In this document: positions 21,789 to 30,762 of the stretch, in pieces
Layout: each line of letters begins with the position of its first letter
Numbering within the stretch: position 1 is the stretch's first letter
Program-made: the position numbers and the translations under genes
Notes under the pieces: generated by a model
Databases searched by the model: none
Told to the model about the DNA's origin: nothing
The model's input: the letters and a program-made list of their open reading frames with translations, nothing else
Assembly (NCBI GenBank): GCA_965216315.1
Contig: CBDCFN010000016.1
Span: 2,080,001-2,144,000 of the forward strand
Length of the DNA: 64,000 bases
Source: a bacterium
Lineage (GTDB): Bacteria > UBA10199 > 2-02-FULL-50-16 > JAJFLM01
Direction of reading: 5' to 3'

Positions 21789-22937
21789 CTAATCAGCGAC
21801 CTTGCGAAGGCGCCTGAGACGCTCCAATTCCTTGGGAGGTATCGTCGTCCCCGCACTTCCGGTATAACCGAAAAATATCTCATTGCTCAGCGTTCGATAG
21901 CACTCATTGGACAGCTCACTATGCGGTAATGTCTTAATACAGGCCTCATAATAGTACTGATCCAGGTTCCAGAGCAGAGCATCCCGCAAGGTCCCGTAGG
22001 CGCGGCCTAACTGATAAAAGGCCTCCGCCTGCTCTTCAAAGCTGGCATTCTTTTGGAGCGCCTGATTCAGATAATTGGTCGCACGCAGATAGAGCACATC
22101 CGCGACATGATCGGTTGGAAAATCTTGCTTCTCTTGAGCTTGCTTAATCAAGCCTTTAGCCGTCGCGATGAGTTGCTTGGCCGTCGCCCCCGGAGAGGTT
22201 TTTTCTTGCTGCCAGGCCTGCAGGTCCAACTGCCAGGCCTTAAAGTCCTTAATAACAAACTCCGGTACACCGGGCTTTACTAAGGCCTTTTGAATGATCT
22301 TAATACCGGCCACCGCATCCTGCTTGACACGAACCGCGACACTCAGCCCCGTCTTAACCGCCTGCGTAAACTCACGGAGCTCACCAAAGGGCAACGACGT
22401 TTTATTCAGAATCGCATCCAGGCTCTTTAATGTCTGATCAAACTGTCGCGTCGCCGCATAGAAATGAACTTTTTGGTACGGCGTTAAAGAAATCGTTTCT
22501 ACTTCATTTCCCGCGTCACGGAATTGCTTAGCCGCCGTTTGTCCGGTATGACAGGACAAACAAAGTTGCGAAACCGTCGCGACCCGATTGCGCACGTAAT
22601 TAATACGGCCGCTGTCAAAACGATCCGCCATATCTTTGACGTAATCGGCATAGATCTCGCCGATCGCCTTGAGGCCGGTCTTGCCCTGTTGCTTCAGTCC
22701 ACCCACGACATGGCCGGACCCAGCATCCAATTCCTTCAATGCAGACGCAATGACCTCTTTATTTTTAGGGTCTTTAAATTGTTTTGAATCCGATGCGAGC
22801 TTTTGCAGCTGAATAAGTGAAACGAAGTTCTTACGCATCGTTACATTTAAGTTTTTTTCCGTAGATTCCGCAGCCCCGACTGACGTCGTAATCAGCAATG
22901 CGATTGAAATGAACCCAAATAAGACCTTTTGTGGCAT
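21789..22937 (-). CDS. Exported mono-haem c-type cytochrome with helical/TPR-like C-terminus
   Basis: Signal peptide; single CLSCH motif. Confidence 0.65.
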   Translation of the reverse strand: MPQKVLFGFISIALLITTSVGAAESTEKNLNVTMRKNFVSLIQLQKLASDSKQFKDPKNKEVIASALKELDAGSGHVVGGLKQQGKTGLKAIGEIYADYVKDMADRFDSGRINYVRNRVATVSQLCLSCHTGQTAAKQFRDAGNEVETISLTPYQKVHFYAATRQFDQTLKSLDAILNKTSLPFGELREFTQAVKTGLSVAVRVKQDAVAGIKIIQKALVKPGVPEFVIKDFKAWQLDLQAWQQEKTSPGATAKQLIATAKGLIKQAQEKQDFPTDHVADVLYLRATNYLNQALQKNASFEEQAEAFYQLGRAYGTLRDALLWNLDQYYYEACIKTLPHSELSNECYRTLSNEIFFGYTGSAGTTIPPKELERLRRLRKVAD

Positions 22938-22999
22938 TGGAACCCCCTTGATATGAATGACAATTCACTCTGACACAGTCGCAGCTCAGCAACTATGAT

Positions 23000-24592
23000 T
23001 CAGCTCATATATAGCCTGTCGCGCATTTTATCCAGGATTTTCGGTATTTGCAGCGTCAATTCCTGATCGGCATCAATGCTCAAGACATCGGCTATTTCGC
23101 AACCTTCAATAGCCGCGTACGCTGCAAGTTGTTGCGCCAATATCCTCTCGTCGGCCTCAGAGGCATCCACCCCTCCTTGAGCTCGCCGTTCAACGCGCGC
23201 ACGCAAAGTTGCTGGTGACGCCCGTATATCCAAAATGAGGAACGGGACGGAGCACTTGAGTGCCACGGCACGACAGAGCGCCCTTTGCTCGGCCTTCAAA
23301 AAGGTCCCATCAATGATCACGGGGTAACCATTCTCGAGACAAGCCGCTGCCCGTGTCGCAAGATATTCATAAAGCCATTCACTGGTCTCGGCACTATACA
23401 TTTTATCTTTGAGCGGGCCCTCGCTTGATTCATCCACCGCAAGCTTAAAACGCCGTTTTCGCTCAACATCGGTGCGCAGGCCAATCGCGCTAAGCTCATC
23501 ACGCGCGGCACGCGCCAGCAGTGACTTTCCGGAACCCGAGAGACCGCGAGTAATACATAGAAAGAGCGGCGGTTGTGCGCAGGTTTGTAGCGCCAATTGC
23601 AGATACGATGATAACTCTTCAATAAGTGAATCATGCTCCGAACCGTTCTCGCCTGCCTGCTGGAGCCGAATCGCAGCAATCTTGGCCCGCACCAGTGCCC
23701 GATAGACCCGGTAGAAGCGAAGCACACTCAAGCCTTCATAGTCCCCGGTCCATTCGAGATAATGATTGAGCAGCCGACTCGCATAGGTGGGTGCCTGCCT
23801 GCCGGCCAGGCAGGCCTGTCTATCTTCCAAGTCCATAATGGCAAAGGCCAGCTCATTCATCACATCGATCCAGCGGAGGCGCTCACTGAATTCAATGGCA
23901 TCGAAGAGCACGGGAGTCTCATCGAGCAGAATCATATTGGCTAGATGCGCATCTCCATGGCATTCACGCACAAAGCCGCTCTGCTTGCGCCGCTGAAACA
24001 CCGCTTTTTTGCGGTTAAATTCGTCACGGCACCATTGCTCGATCTGGCTGAGCTGTTCGATCTGTGTTTGATCAAACAGGAGAGGTCTCAACTGCAAAAA
24101 ACATTCTTCGACCGGTTTGATAAGCACCTCCGGGTCCCCAAACTCTTTATCTTCAGTGGCCACGGCACACTTCGAATGAAAATCGGCCAGCCGCCGCGCC
24201 AACTGATCAATGTGTTCCGGAGATAGCTCCCCTCGCTCCAGCACGTGATCGAGCCGCGTCGCCTGGTCAAAGCGCTTCATTTTGACCGCATACTCAATCG
24301 CCGGGCCAGGGCCATCGATTACAGGGTCTGCTTCGGTACCTGTGATTTTAACGACCGCTAAATAAAGTTGCGGGGCTAAGCGACGATTGAGTCGTAGTTC
24401 TTCCTGACAATAGAAGTGACGATCTTCTAATTTTCTGAAATCAAGAAAACCCAGATCGAGCGGCTTCTTGATCTTATAGACGTAATCTCCAGCCAAGAGC
24501 ACCCACGAGATGTGGGTCTCCATCAATTCCACCCGCTCGACCGGGTGGTCATAACGGCTCGGATCCTGAAGTGCCTGAATCAGTAGATCCAT
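23000..24592 (-). CDS. Aminoglycoside-phosphotransferase-like / AAA_33 P-loop kinase fusion (Rv2004c-like)
   Basis: ETHISW, YKIKKP, ECHGDAHLAN, DAIEF; GLSGSGKS, RTDVERK, DASEA. Confidence 0.88.
   Translation of the reverse strand: MDLLIQALQDPSRYDHPVERVELMETHISWVLLAGDYVYKIKKPLDLGFLDFRKLEDRHFYCQEELRLNRRLAPQLYLAVVKITGTEADPVIDGPGPAIEYAVKMKRFDQATRLDHVLERGELSPEHIDQLARRLADFHSKCAVATEDKEFGDPEVLIKPVEECFLQLRPLLFDQTQIEQLSQIEQWCRDEFNRKKAVFQRRKQSGFVRECHGDAHLANMILLDETPVLFDAIEFSERLRWIDVMNELAFAIMDLEDRQACLAGRQAPTYASRLLNHYLEWTGDYEGLSVLRFYRVYRALVRAKIAAIRLQQAGENGSEHDSLIEELSSYLQLALQTCAQPPLFLCITRGLSGSGKSLLARAARDELSAIGLRTDVERKRRFKLAVDESSEGPLKDKMYSAETSEWLYEYLATRAAACLENGYPVIIDGTFLKAEQRALCRAVALKCSVPFLILDIRASPATLRARVERRAQGGVDASEADERILAQQLAAYAAIEGCEIADVLSIDADQELTLQIPKILDKMRDRLYMS
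23793..23815. repeat. Short palindromic element inserted in frame in the kinase gene
   Basis: GCCTGCCTG-CCGGC-CAGGCAGGC; adds CLAGRQA (21 nt) with CAGGC repeated at both ends. Confidence 0.7.
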
Positions 24593-24659
24593 ATTTTATG
24601 GCATAACAAATGTATTAAATTGTGTACACGGCTATACGAAAAATGCTTCGCTAAGCATT

Positions 24660-24706
24660 GGGGGCGCAGCGCCTGCCTAACGGCGAGACAGGCTACGCCC
24701 CCCTAC
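24660..24706. repeat. REP-like hairpin containing a second copy of the 21-bp palindromic element
   Basis: GGGGGCGCAGC..GCTACGCCCCCCTAC arms enclosing GCCTGCCT-AACGGCG-AGACAGGC (24671-24693). Confidence 0.6.
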
Positions 24707-24712
24707 GCTCGT

Positions 24713-24835
24713 CTACTGACAGCACTTCTCAAGCGCATCGGCCAGAGATCGCAGGGCCGAGGCAAATGAGTCGGCGCATTGGCAATCCTTGCAGCAATCA
24801 CAACAACTGCAACAGGATTTCTTTTCTTCACTCAT
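24713..24835 (-). CDS. Cys-rich 40-aa microprotein (metallothionein-like; not in ORF track)
   Basis: MSEEKKSCCSCCDCCKDCQCADSFASALRSLADALEKCCQ; AGGAGG SD 8 nt upstream; start overlaps arsR stop. Confidence 0.75.
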   Translation of the reverse strand: MSEEKKSCCSCCDCCKDCQCADSFASALRSLADALEKCCQ

Positions 24836-25187
24836 CGTTTGATCCTCCTATTTCTTTTGAGTCTTCCAGACAGGACTCCAGACAATCCGCAATCGAACGC
24901 AAGGTCTGCGCGACCTTCGAGGCGTTCACCGTGTAACGAACTTCTTTCCCCTGCTTCTTCGCCGCGAGGATGCCCGCCGCTTTGAGCTTGGCGAGATGGC
25001 GCGACACAACCGAAAGATCGACGTTGCAACAACCGGCCATCGCTTGGACCGTCTGACCCTCCTTTTGCTGACTTAAGCCCGTGAGCAGGGCAATCCGATT
25101 GGGGTCACAGAGGGCCTTGAAGAACTCTGGCTCCATCAATTCCCCCAGATCCGGGCAGCAGGCATCTTTTGGCTCTTTTTTGCTCAT
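24828..25187 (-). CDS. ArsR/SmtB-family metalloregulator; start revised to ATG 25187
   Basis: FFKALCDPNRIALL, LSVVSRHLAKLKAAGIL, GKEVRY; Cys clusters ACCP, GCCN, DCLESC. Confidence 0.9.
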   Translation of the reverse strand: MSKKEPKDACCPDLGELMEPEFFKALCDPNRIALLTGLSQQKEGQTVQAMAGCCNVDLSVVSRHLAKLKAAGILAAKKQGKEVRYTVNASKVAQTLRSIADCLESCLEDSKEIGGSNDE

Positions 25188-25223
25188 TTGCACAAATATG
25201 CAATTATAAACTCGGTTTGTCAA
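25188..25223 (-). promoter_or_regulatory. sigma70 promoter with overlapping ArsR operator, probably leaderless
   Basis: TTGACA-N17-CATATT on minus strand, 7 nt before ATG; palindrome TTGCA-N6-TGCAA at 25188-25203. Confidence 0.6.
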
Positions 25224-25299
25224 GTCCGTTCACGGCAAACGGAGCGCTGCGTCATGGCAATTTCCTGAAATGATTGAGAAATCGGGCCCAAATAGCCCA

Positions 25300-25323
25300 C
25301 AACCTTTGTTCATTTTTGCCGAC
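25300..25323 (+). promoter_or_regulatory. sigma28-like promoter (orphan-gene motif, copy 1)
   Basis: CAAC-N14-GCCGAC, 23 nt before ATG 25347. Confidence 0.55.
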
Positions 25324-25346
25324 GACTAGACGGATCCGGTGCTGCT

Positions 25347-27557
25347 ATGAACGTAGGACTCACTTCAACATTGTCACTGAATAACGCCCTGCTCGCCTCG
25401 GCGAGTACGGCCGTCAATACCGGTACGCAAACGGCTTTTTATACGAGCTCCCCCCAATTGAGCCTGGGGGAAGAAAGCACCACCCTCTACGCCGCGGATC
25501 CCCAGTTTGAGCATTTAGGAAAAAGATCGATGTGGGATAATGCCGGCCTGGACCGTCGTATCCACTCGGCCCACCGCAACCTCGTCACGATGGCCACCGC
25601 CCCGCTCTACTTGGATACTCAGCTCAAACACGCCACGCGCGATCATCAAGGCAAACGCATCGGTCTGCAGATCCAGGGAGACGTATCGGACACACCGAGT
25701 GATTATGAATCCGAATCCCTGGAGACGGTCTTGGATAACCACCCCAAACTCCCGGTCGAAGGATTTGATCGCGGCAATCACAGTAGCGGAAACTTCTTCG
25801 GCGTCTTCAACCTGAGAAGTCGCCTTAATAAATGGGTGCGCAAATGGATCTTTGGCGATCGTGTAGACACCTTTGAAGAACAATTGAATGAAGCCGCAGG
25901 CGGTGCCAAACATGTCCTGACCCCCAAGAAGACCTTTGAGACGATGCATCGGATTCTTCATCGCCATCGCGATGATCGCGGCCAAGTTGTAGAGCGGATC
26001 AATACCGCGGTCCAAAAGGCGGATTACAATGGTTATCGACTCAACAATGGTGAACAGGGACAATTTACCGCAACATCGCTGAATGAAAATTTTCATACCT
26101 TTTGGCACAGTTCTAAAGGCACTAAACTGGCAACACCAAGTGAATCACCTTACTGGGACTGCCTGGTTAACTATCAAGTGGCTGATCTCGATGCGGGCGA
26201 ACGGGGGACTAAGGTCACTCCCTTTTACATCCAAGCGTCTCAAGATGCGCGCTTCAAATTAGAAGACGGACGGGAAGTTCCCGTCTATTCGATCAGTATC
26301 GATACCAGTGACACGGACAACCCCTTTGTGGTTTTTCCCGGCATGTCGGCACTGCAGGTTCGGCTGATCGAGACCTTTATCGATTACGTCCGCCAACACC
26401 AACCGGAGGCCCGCTTTAAGCTCAGCGCCCATTTTCCCGCCGCGCGTATCATCCAACAACCGAAAGGAATTCTGGGTAGAGTATGGAGTTGGATTAATCC
26501 CTTCGTCGATCGTAAAGTCCGGCGCGCCTTCAAGCGCCTGCTCAGCCGCGAAGAGATCATTTTCTTCAATAGCGCCCACACCCACGACCGCGAAGTGAAT
26601 GACCTTACCAAAAGACTCGGGCTTAAACGCAAGACCCCACTGCCTGAAGTAGTGGTTCCTTCGCTGACCGATTATGAACCCGTCCAACCCAAAGGTCAGG
26701 AGCGTCCCCAGGATGGCCGCGCCCTCGCGATTGAGCGTATCTGGACCGAAAAAAATCCGGACGGCACACATGAACTCAAAGTCGATGTAGACTTTAAGGG
26801 TGTCGATCCCGAAGACCTGAGAGACAGGGGACTGACTTCGGAGGTTGAGGCGGCCTTAGCTCCTTATCGCCAGGACGGCAAACATAGTTATCAGCGTACC
26901 CTCGATACGATGTCGGAAAAATTCGGCCGTCCGCGCTGGCTGGGCTTTGGGGGTCAGTTTGGACGCCAGCTCTGGAAAAATTTCTTTAAAAAACGCGCTA
27001 AAAGTGTGTTTCGTTTTATTCATACCGCCGTACTCCCACTCCCCCTCCTTTGGGTTCCTTTCTTTTGGAAACGCCTAAAAAATTATTGGTGGGAACACCC
27101 GTCCATCATCCAAGACATCAAGGATTCCTTAACGACGGTGGCCACGGAACAAATGTTCAATGAGGCGGAGCACCTCCTTCCCTTTCTCCACTCACTGACA
27201 CGCTTTGTCGAAAAAGATGTAGAGGCGGGTCACATCGCCTCTGAAGCGATACTCTTAGGCTTGAGAGAAATTTCACGAGATCTGAATGCTCAATTAGAAG
27301 CAAGGCGTTACACCTTTAACGCCGCCGTTGCAGCAGGCGAGGATGCGGCACGCCTGGCCACGTTTAACGATTTACTTGAAACCTCCAGAGTCTTTCGCCT
27401 GCCTTCATTGCTCGTCGGCCTCAAAGAGGATAGTGAAGCCCGCGCCTTTGCAGTGATGGTCGGCCTCGAGGCATCCGAGGTTGAATACAAATTTCAAGGG
27501 TTGAAACCTACGACTGTACCGAACGATGCACTGAATTTTACTGTACCTCTAGGATAA
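25347..27557 (+). CDS. Large divergent calcineurin-like metallophosphoesterase, paralog 1
   Basis: Ordered motifs ADPQFEH, GDVSD, RGNH, SAH, AHTH; aligns along its length with the downstream ORF. Confidence 0.65.
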   Translation: MNVGLTSTLSLNNALLASASTAVNTGTQTAFYTSSPQLSLGEESTTLYAADPQFEHLGKRSMWDNAGLDRRIHSAHRNLVTMATAPLYLDTQLKHATRDHQGKRIGLQIQGDVSDTPSDYESESLETVLDNHPKLPVEGFDRGNHSSGNFFGVFNLRSRLNKWVRKWIFGDRVDTFEEQLNEAAGGAKHVLTPKKTFETMHRILHRHRDDRGQVVERINTAVQKADYNGYRLNNGEQGQFTATSLNENFHTFWHSSKGTKLATPSESPYWDCLVNYQVADLDAGERGTKVTPFYIQASQDARFKLEDGREVPVYSISIDTSDTDNPFVVFPGMSALQVRLIETFIDYVRQHQPEARFKLSAHFPAARIIQQPKGILGRVWSWINPFVDRKVRRAFKRLLSREEIIFFNSAHTHDREVNDLTKRLGLKRKTPLPEVVVPSLTDYEPVQPKGQERPQDGRALAIERIWTEKNPDGTHELKVDVDFKGVDPEDLRDRGLTSEVEAALAPYRQDGKHSYQRTLDTMSEKFGRPRWLGFGGQFGRQLWKNFFKKRAKSVFRFIHTAVLPLPLLWVPFFWKRLKNYWWEHPSIIQDIKDSLTTVATEQMFNEAEHLLPFLHSLTRFVEKDVEAGHIASEAILLGLREISRDLNAQLEARRYTFNAAVAAGEDAARLATFNDLLETSRVFRLPSLLVGLKEDSEARAFAVMVGLEASEVEYKFQGLKPTTVPNDALNFTVPLG

Positions 27558-27570
27558 GGCGCTTACTGAT

Positions 27571-29799
27571 ATGATCGGCGGACTCGCACAATCACTGCAC
27601 GCATCGAGCACTGCCAGCCTGATGCTCGCAAGCTGCATCATTCAACCGGGAGAGGTCTGCAGAACGATATACGTTTCCGATACCCAGTTGCAGCATCTCG
27701 GGCGCCGACCGTTTACGGATAACCCGCTCATCAAACGACTTTCTCCCCCCGCCGACCGCAATGTCATCGCCACTCAAACAGCAGACGTCTTTATTGACGA
27801 GCTACTCCGCCAAACCTGTGCAAAATTGCAACAAGAGGAACAAGCGACAGCCGAACGGGCACCGACTCACCTCCCTTCAGCAGAACCTCATGATGAATCA
27901 CACAAAATTAAGTCCTCACGAATCAATACGATTGTGCTCGGTGACATGGCGGACACGCCGATTAAAAGTGAATACCTCCGCTTTGAACAACTGATGAATG
28001 GACACCCCCTAGATGTCCGAGTCGTCGTACGCGGCAATCACAGCAGTGCCAACGCCTTTGGCGTCGTCAATCTCCAAAGTCGTAAATACCGGAAATTGCG
28101 CGGTACGCGTGGACTCCGCCAATACTCACTGCGTGCCGAGGTCGAAGAGGTTGCCGGCAAACCGAAGTATTTACTCTCAGGCCATGGAACATTTAATGGG
28201 ATGCGCCGCTTGATCCATGACAACGAACAAAGCGCGCCGAGCCTAAATGATATCAACGTCAGTATCGCCGCAGCGGACTATGACGGCTATGCTCTCCCCG
28301 GAAGTGCAGATAAAATTCCCTTTGATGAGGCCCATCGCGCTCAGAACTTCACCACCTTCTGGAAACCCGTTATCAGACAAGACCCGGCTAAAAATGAACA
28401 GCCCAGCTGGGAGTGCCTCGTTAACTGTCAGGAAATCGACCGCGAAGAGGCTGATCGAGAAACACCTGTAACCCCTTTCTATATTCAGGCTACGGAACAA
28501 TCGCGCTTTCATTTAAAGGACGGTTCCGAGATCCCGGTCTATACGATCAGTATGGATGGTCTCGACAACAATAATTTGCTGCCTGCTATCAACGCGGAGA
28601 TGTCGGAATTGCAAATTCGCGCCATTGAAACCTTTATGGACCAGATGCTGCAGCAAAATCCGCAAGCCCGTTTCAAATTAGCCTGCCACTATTCGAGTCA
28701 GGAAATGCTCAAATCACCCTGGATCCGACGTTGGCGCGGCCGGCGCATGCGCAAGGCCTTGCGCCGCCTGCTCAGCCGCGAAGAAGTCATTCTCTATACC
28801 TATGGTCATACCCATGAGCGCGAGGTCGTCGACCTCAACAAAGAACTCAAACTCAAGCGTAAAACTCCGTTGATGCAGGTGAATGTCCCGTCCTTAATCG
28901 ACTATCACCCGGTGAAAGATGAACAAGCAAAAGTCGAGGCCTACCCCTACCGGGATGCGCGCGCGCTAATGATCGAAAGAACGTACGTCGAACAAAATGA
29001 TGACGGTGACGCTGAGTTAAAAATCGACCTTCAATTCAATGGCATTAATTGGGATGACATGAAAGACGAGGGACTCACGGACAAAGTTAAAGAAGCCCTC
29101 AAAGAGTATCGCGAAAACTACGGCTATGCGCGCTCCGTCGAAACCATGCACCTCTTACGCAAGCAACACTTCTGGGGTTGGATTCATAGTCATTGGAAGC
29201 GCGGGGGTGAGGCTATCTGGGGTTCATTAAGCGACTTGATCAAGCTTCCCGTAAACGCCTTTAACAAATACTTACGCGGTACTTACGACGGCCCCCTGTT
29301 CGCCTACTGGAATGACGTTTCATTCTTCAAATATATCATCGACAACTTCACTGTCGTCTCAACGGTCAAGATGTTCAGTGAGGCCCTTTATCTGAGACAC
29401 TTCATCAAATCGTTGGAAACCCTCATCGAGGATGATAACGATCCCGAAGAACTCGCGATCGCAGCGCAACTCAAAAGCATGCGTATCGCCCTAACCGATG
29501 AGTACGCCGACCGCCGCCATGATTTTGAAGCCGCCCTCAACAGCGGCGAGCGCCCCTCGGAGCTGCGCCAATACAATGATCTCTTTGAACGCACCCGCAC
29601 CTACGAGCTCTGTAAGCTGCTCCTCCAACTCAAACCGGGCGGCCAGGCCCGCGCCTTCGCCGTGATTGCCGGCATCCAGGCCTCCCGAGAAGAATTTGAA
29701 TATCATAAGAAGAAACCGACCGAGATACCCAACAAGATCCCGACGATCTCCATCCCGATCGGACGGACCCAGGCGAGCCAACAGGCCGTCGGTGGCTAG
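27571..29799 (+). CDS. Large divergent calcineurin-like metallophosphoesterase, paralog 2
   Basis: SDTQLQH, GDMAD, RGNH, ACH, GHTH; shares VTPFYIQA, RLLSREE, LKRKTPL, ARAFAV with paralog 1. Confidence 0.65.
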   Translation: MIGGLAQSLHASSTASLMLASCIIQPGEVCRTIYVSDTQLQHLGRRPFTDNPLIKRLSPPADRNVIATQTADVFIDELLRQTCAKLQQEEQATAERAPTHLPSAEPHDESHKIKSSRINTIVLGDMADTPIKSEYLRFEQLMNGHPLDVRVVVRGNHSSANAFGVVNLQSRKYRKLRGTRGLRQYSLRAEVEEVAGKPKYLLSGHGTFNGMRRLIHDNEQSAPSLNDINVSIAAADYDGYALPGSADKIPFDEAHRAQNFTTFWKPVIRQDPAKNEQPSWECLVNCQEIDREEADRETPVTPFYIQATEQSRFHLKDGSEIPVYTISMDGLDNNNLLPAINAEMSELQIRAIETFMDQMLQQNPQARFKLACHYSSQEMLKSPWIRRWRGRRMRKALRRLLSREEVILYTYGHTHEREVVDLNKELKLKRKTPLMQVNVPSLIDYHPVKDEQAKVEAYPYRDARALMIERTYVEQNDDGDAELKIDLQFNGINWDDMKDEGLTDKVKEALKEYRENYGYARSVETMHLLRKQHFWGWIHSHWKRGGEAIWGSLSDLIKLPVNAFNKYLRGTYDGPLFAYWNDVSFFKYIIDNFTVVSTVKMFSEALYLRHFIKSLETLIEDDNDPEELAIAAQLKSMRIALTDEYADRRHDFEAALNSGERPSELRQYNDLFERTRTYELCKLLLQLKPGGQARAFAVIAGIQASREEFEYHKKKPTEIPNKIPTISIPIGRTQASQQAVGG

Positions 29800-29890
29800 A
29801 AGCTAACAACCCCGACCAAAAGACTCAGCATTCTACGTGACAGGTCCTTCCATTCCGTGCTAAAAAAGCCCGATTTTGCGCACAATATCC

Positions 29891-29916
29891 GCAACTTTTA
29901 TGATTATTTGCATCTA
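29891..29916 (+). promoter_or_regulatory. Putative autoregulatory ECF promoter
   Basis: GCAACTT..CATCTA just before the ECF sigma ATG; no SD. Confidence 0.45.
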
Positions 29917-29921
29917 ATCTG

Positions 29922-30497
29922 ATGAAAGAAGACGAAAAAAAACTGAAGGCCTTGCGGGCCAAGGATGCTCAAGCCTATCAGGAGTTGATTAGCGAGGTTG
30001 GCGATTCGCTCTACAATGTGGCATTTCGTATCGTTAAGAACGCCGAAAAGGCTCGCGAGGTCGTTCAGGAGGCCTTGCTGAAGATGGTTAAAAATATTGA
30101 TCGTTTTGAAGGTCGGTCGAGTCTCAAGACCTGGTTGTATCGCATCGCGGTCAATGAAGCGCTCATGTCGATACGCAAGGAACTTCCACGGCTTGATGAT
30201 CCTATTGAAGAACTCATGCCCCAGTACGATGCGAAGATTACCAAGGAAAATCTCCCCAATTGGGCCCAAGACCCCGAAAAGCTGGCGAGCGATGCGCAGT
30301 TTCAAAATTTTTATGCGGACGCCGTCGAACAGTTGCCCGAAACTTTACGCACGGCTTACATTCTGAAGGACGTCGATGGGCTCTCCGAGAATGAAATCTG
30401 CGAGATCCTGGGCATTACCAAATCCGCCGTCAAAAACCGGGCTCACCGTGCGCGCTTACTCTTAAGAACTGTAATAGGAGAGCGCTATGGGAACTAA
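29922..30497 (+). CDS. ECF RNA polymerase sigma factor
   Basis: VVQEALLK..FEGRSSLKTWLYRIAVN region 2; LPETLRTAYILKDVDGLS..EI..AVKNRAHRAR region 4. Confidence 0.92.
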   Translation: MKEDEKKLKALRAKDAQAYQELISEVGDSLYNVAFRIVKNAEKAREVVQEALLKMVKNIDRFEGRSSLKTWLYRIAVNEALMSIRKELPRLDDPIEELMPQYDAKITKENLPNWAQDPEKLASDAQFQNFYADAVEQLPETLRTAYILKDVDGLSENEICEILGITKSAVKNRAHRARLLLRTVIGERYGN

Positions 30498-30753
30498 ACT
30501 CATCCATTCCTTCATGAAGTTGATGGGATTTGGTTCCTGCGTGCAAGTCGTAGAGGAATGTTACGACTATTCAGAAGGCACCCTCAAGAGTGGTAAAAAA
30601 CGCCGGATCAAACGCCATCTCAAAATCTGTCCGCCTTGTGTGCGTTTTGTCGCGACCTACCGTGCCGTCCAACTTCTGGGCAAAACCATCAAGCCGGAAA
30701 AACTCTCCGAAGAACAGAAACAGCAATTACTTGAAGGATTGAATTTGAAATGA
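30487..30753 (+). CDS. Soluble zinc-binding anti-sigma factor (zf-HC2/ZAS)
   Basis: HLKICPPC (HxxxCxxC); overlaps sigma stop. Confidence 0.82.
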   Translation: MGTKLIHSFMKLMGFGSCVQVVEECYDYSEGTLKSGKKRRIKRHLKICPPCVRFVATYRAVQLLGKTIKPEKLSEEQKQQLLEGLNLK

Positions 30754-30762
30754 TCCCCGCCT

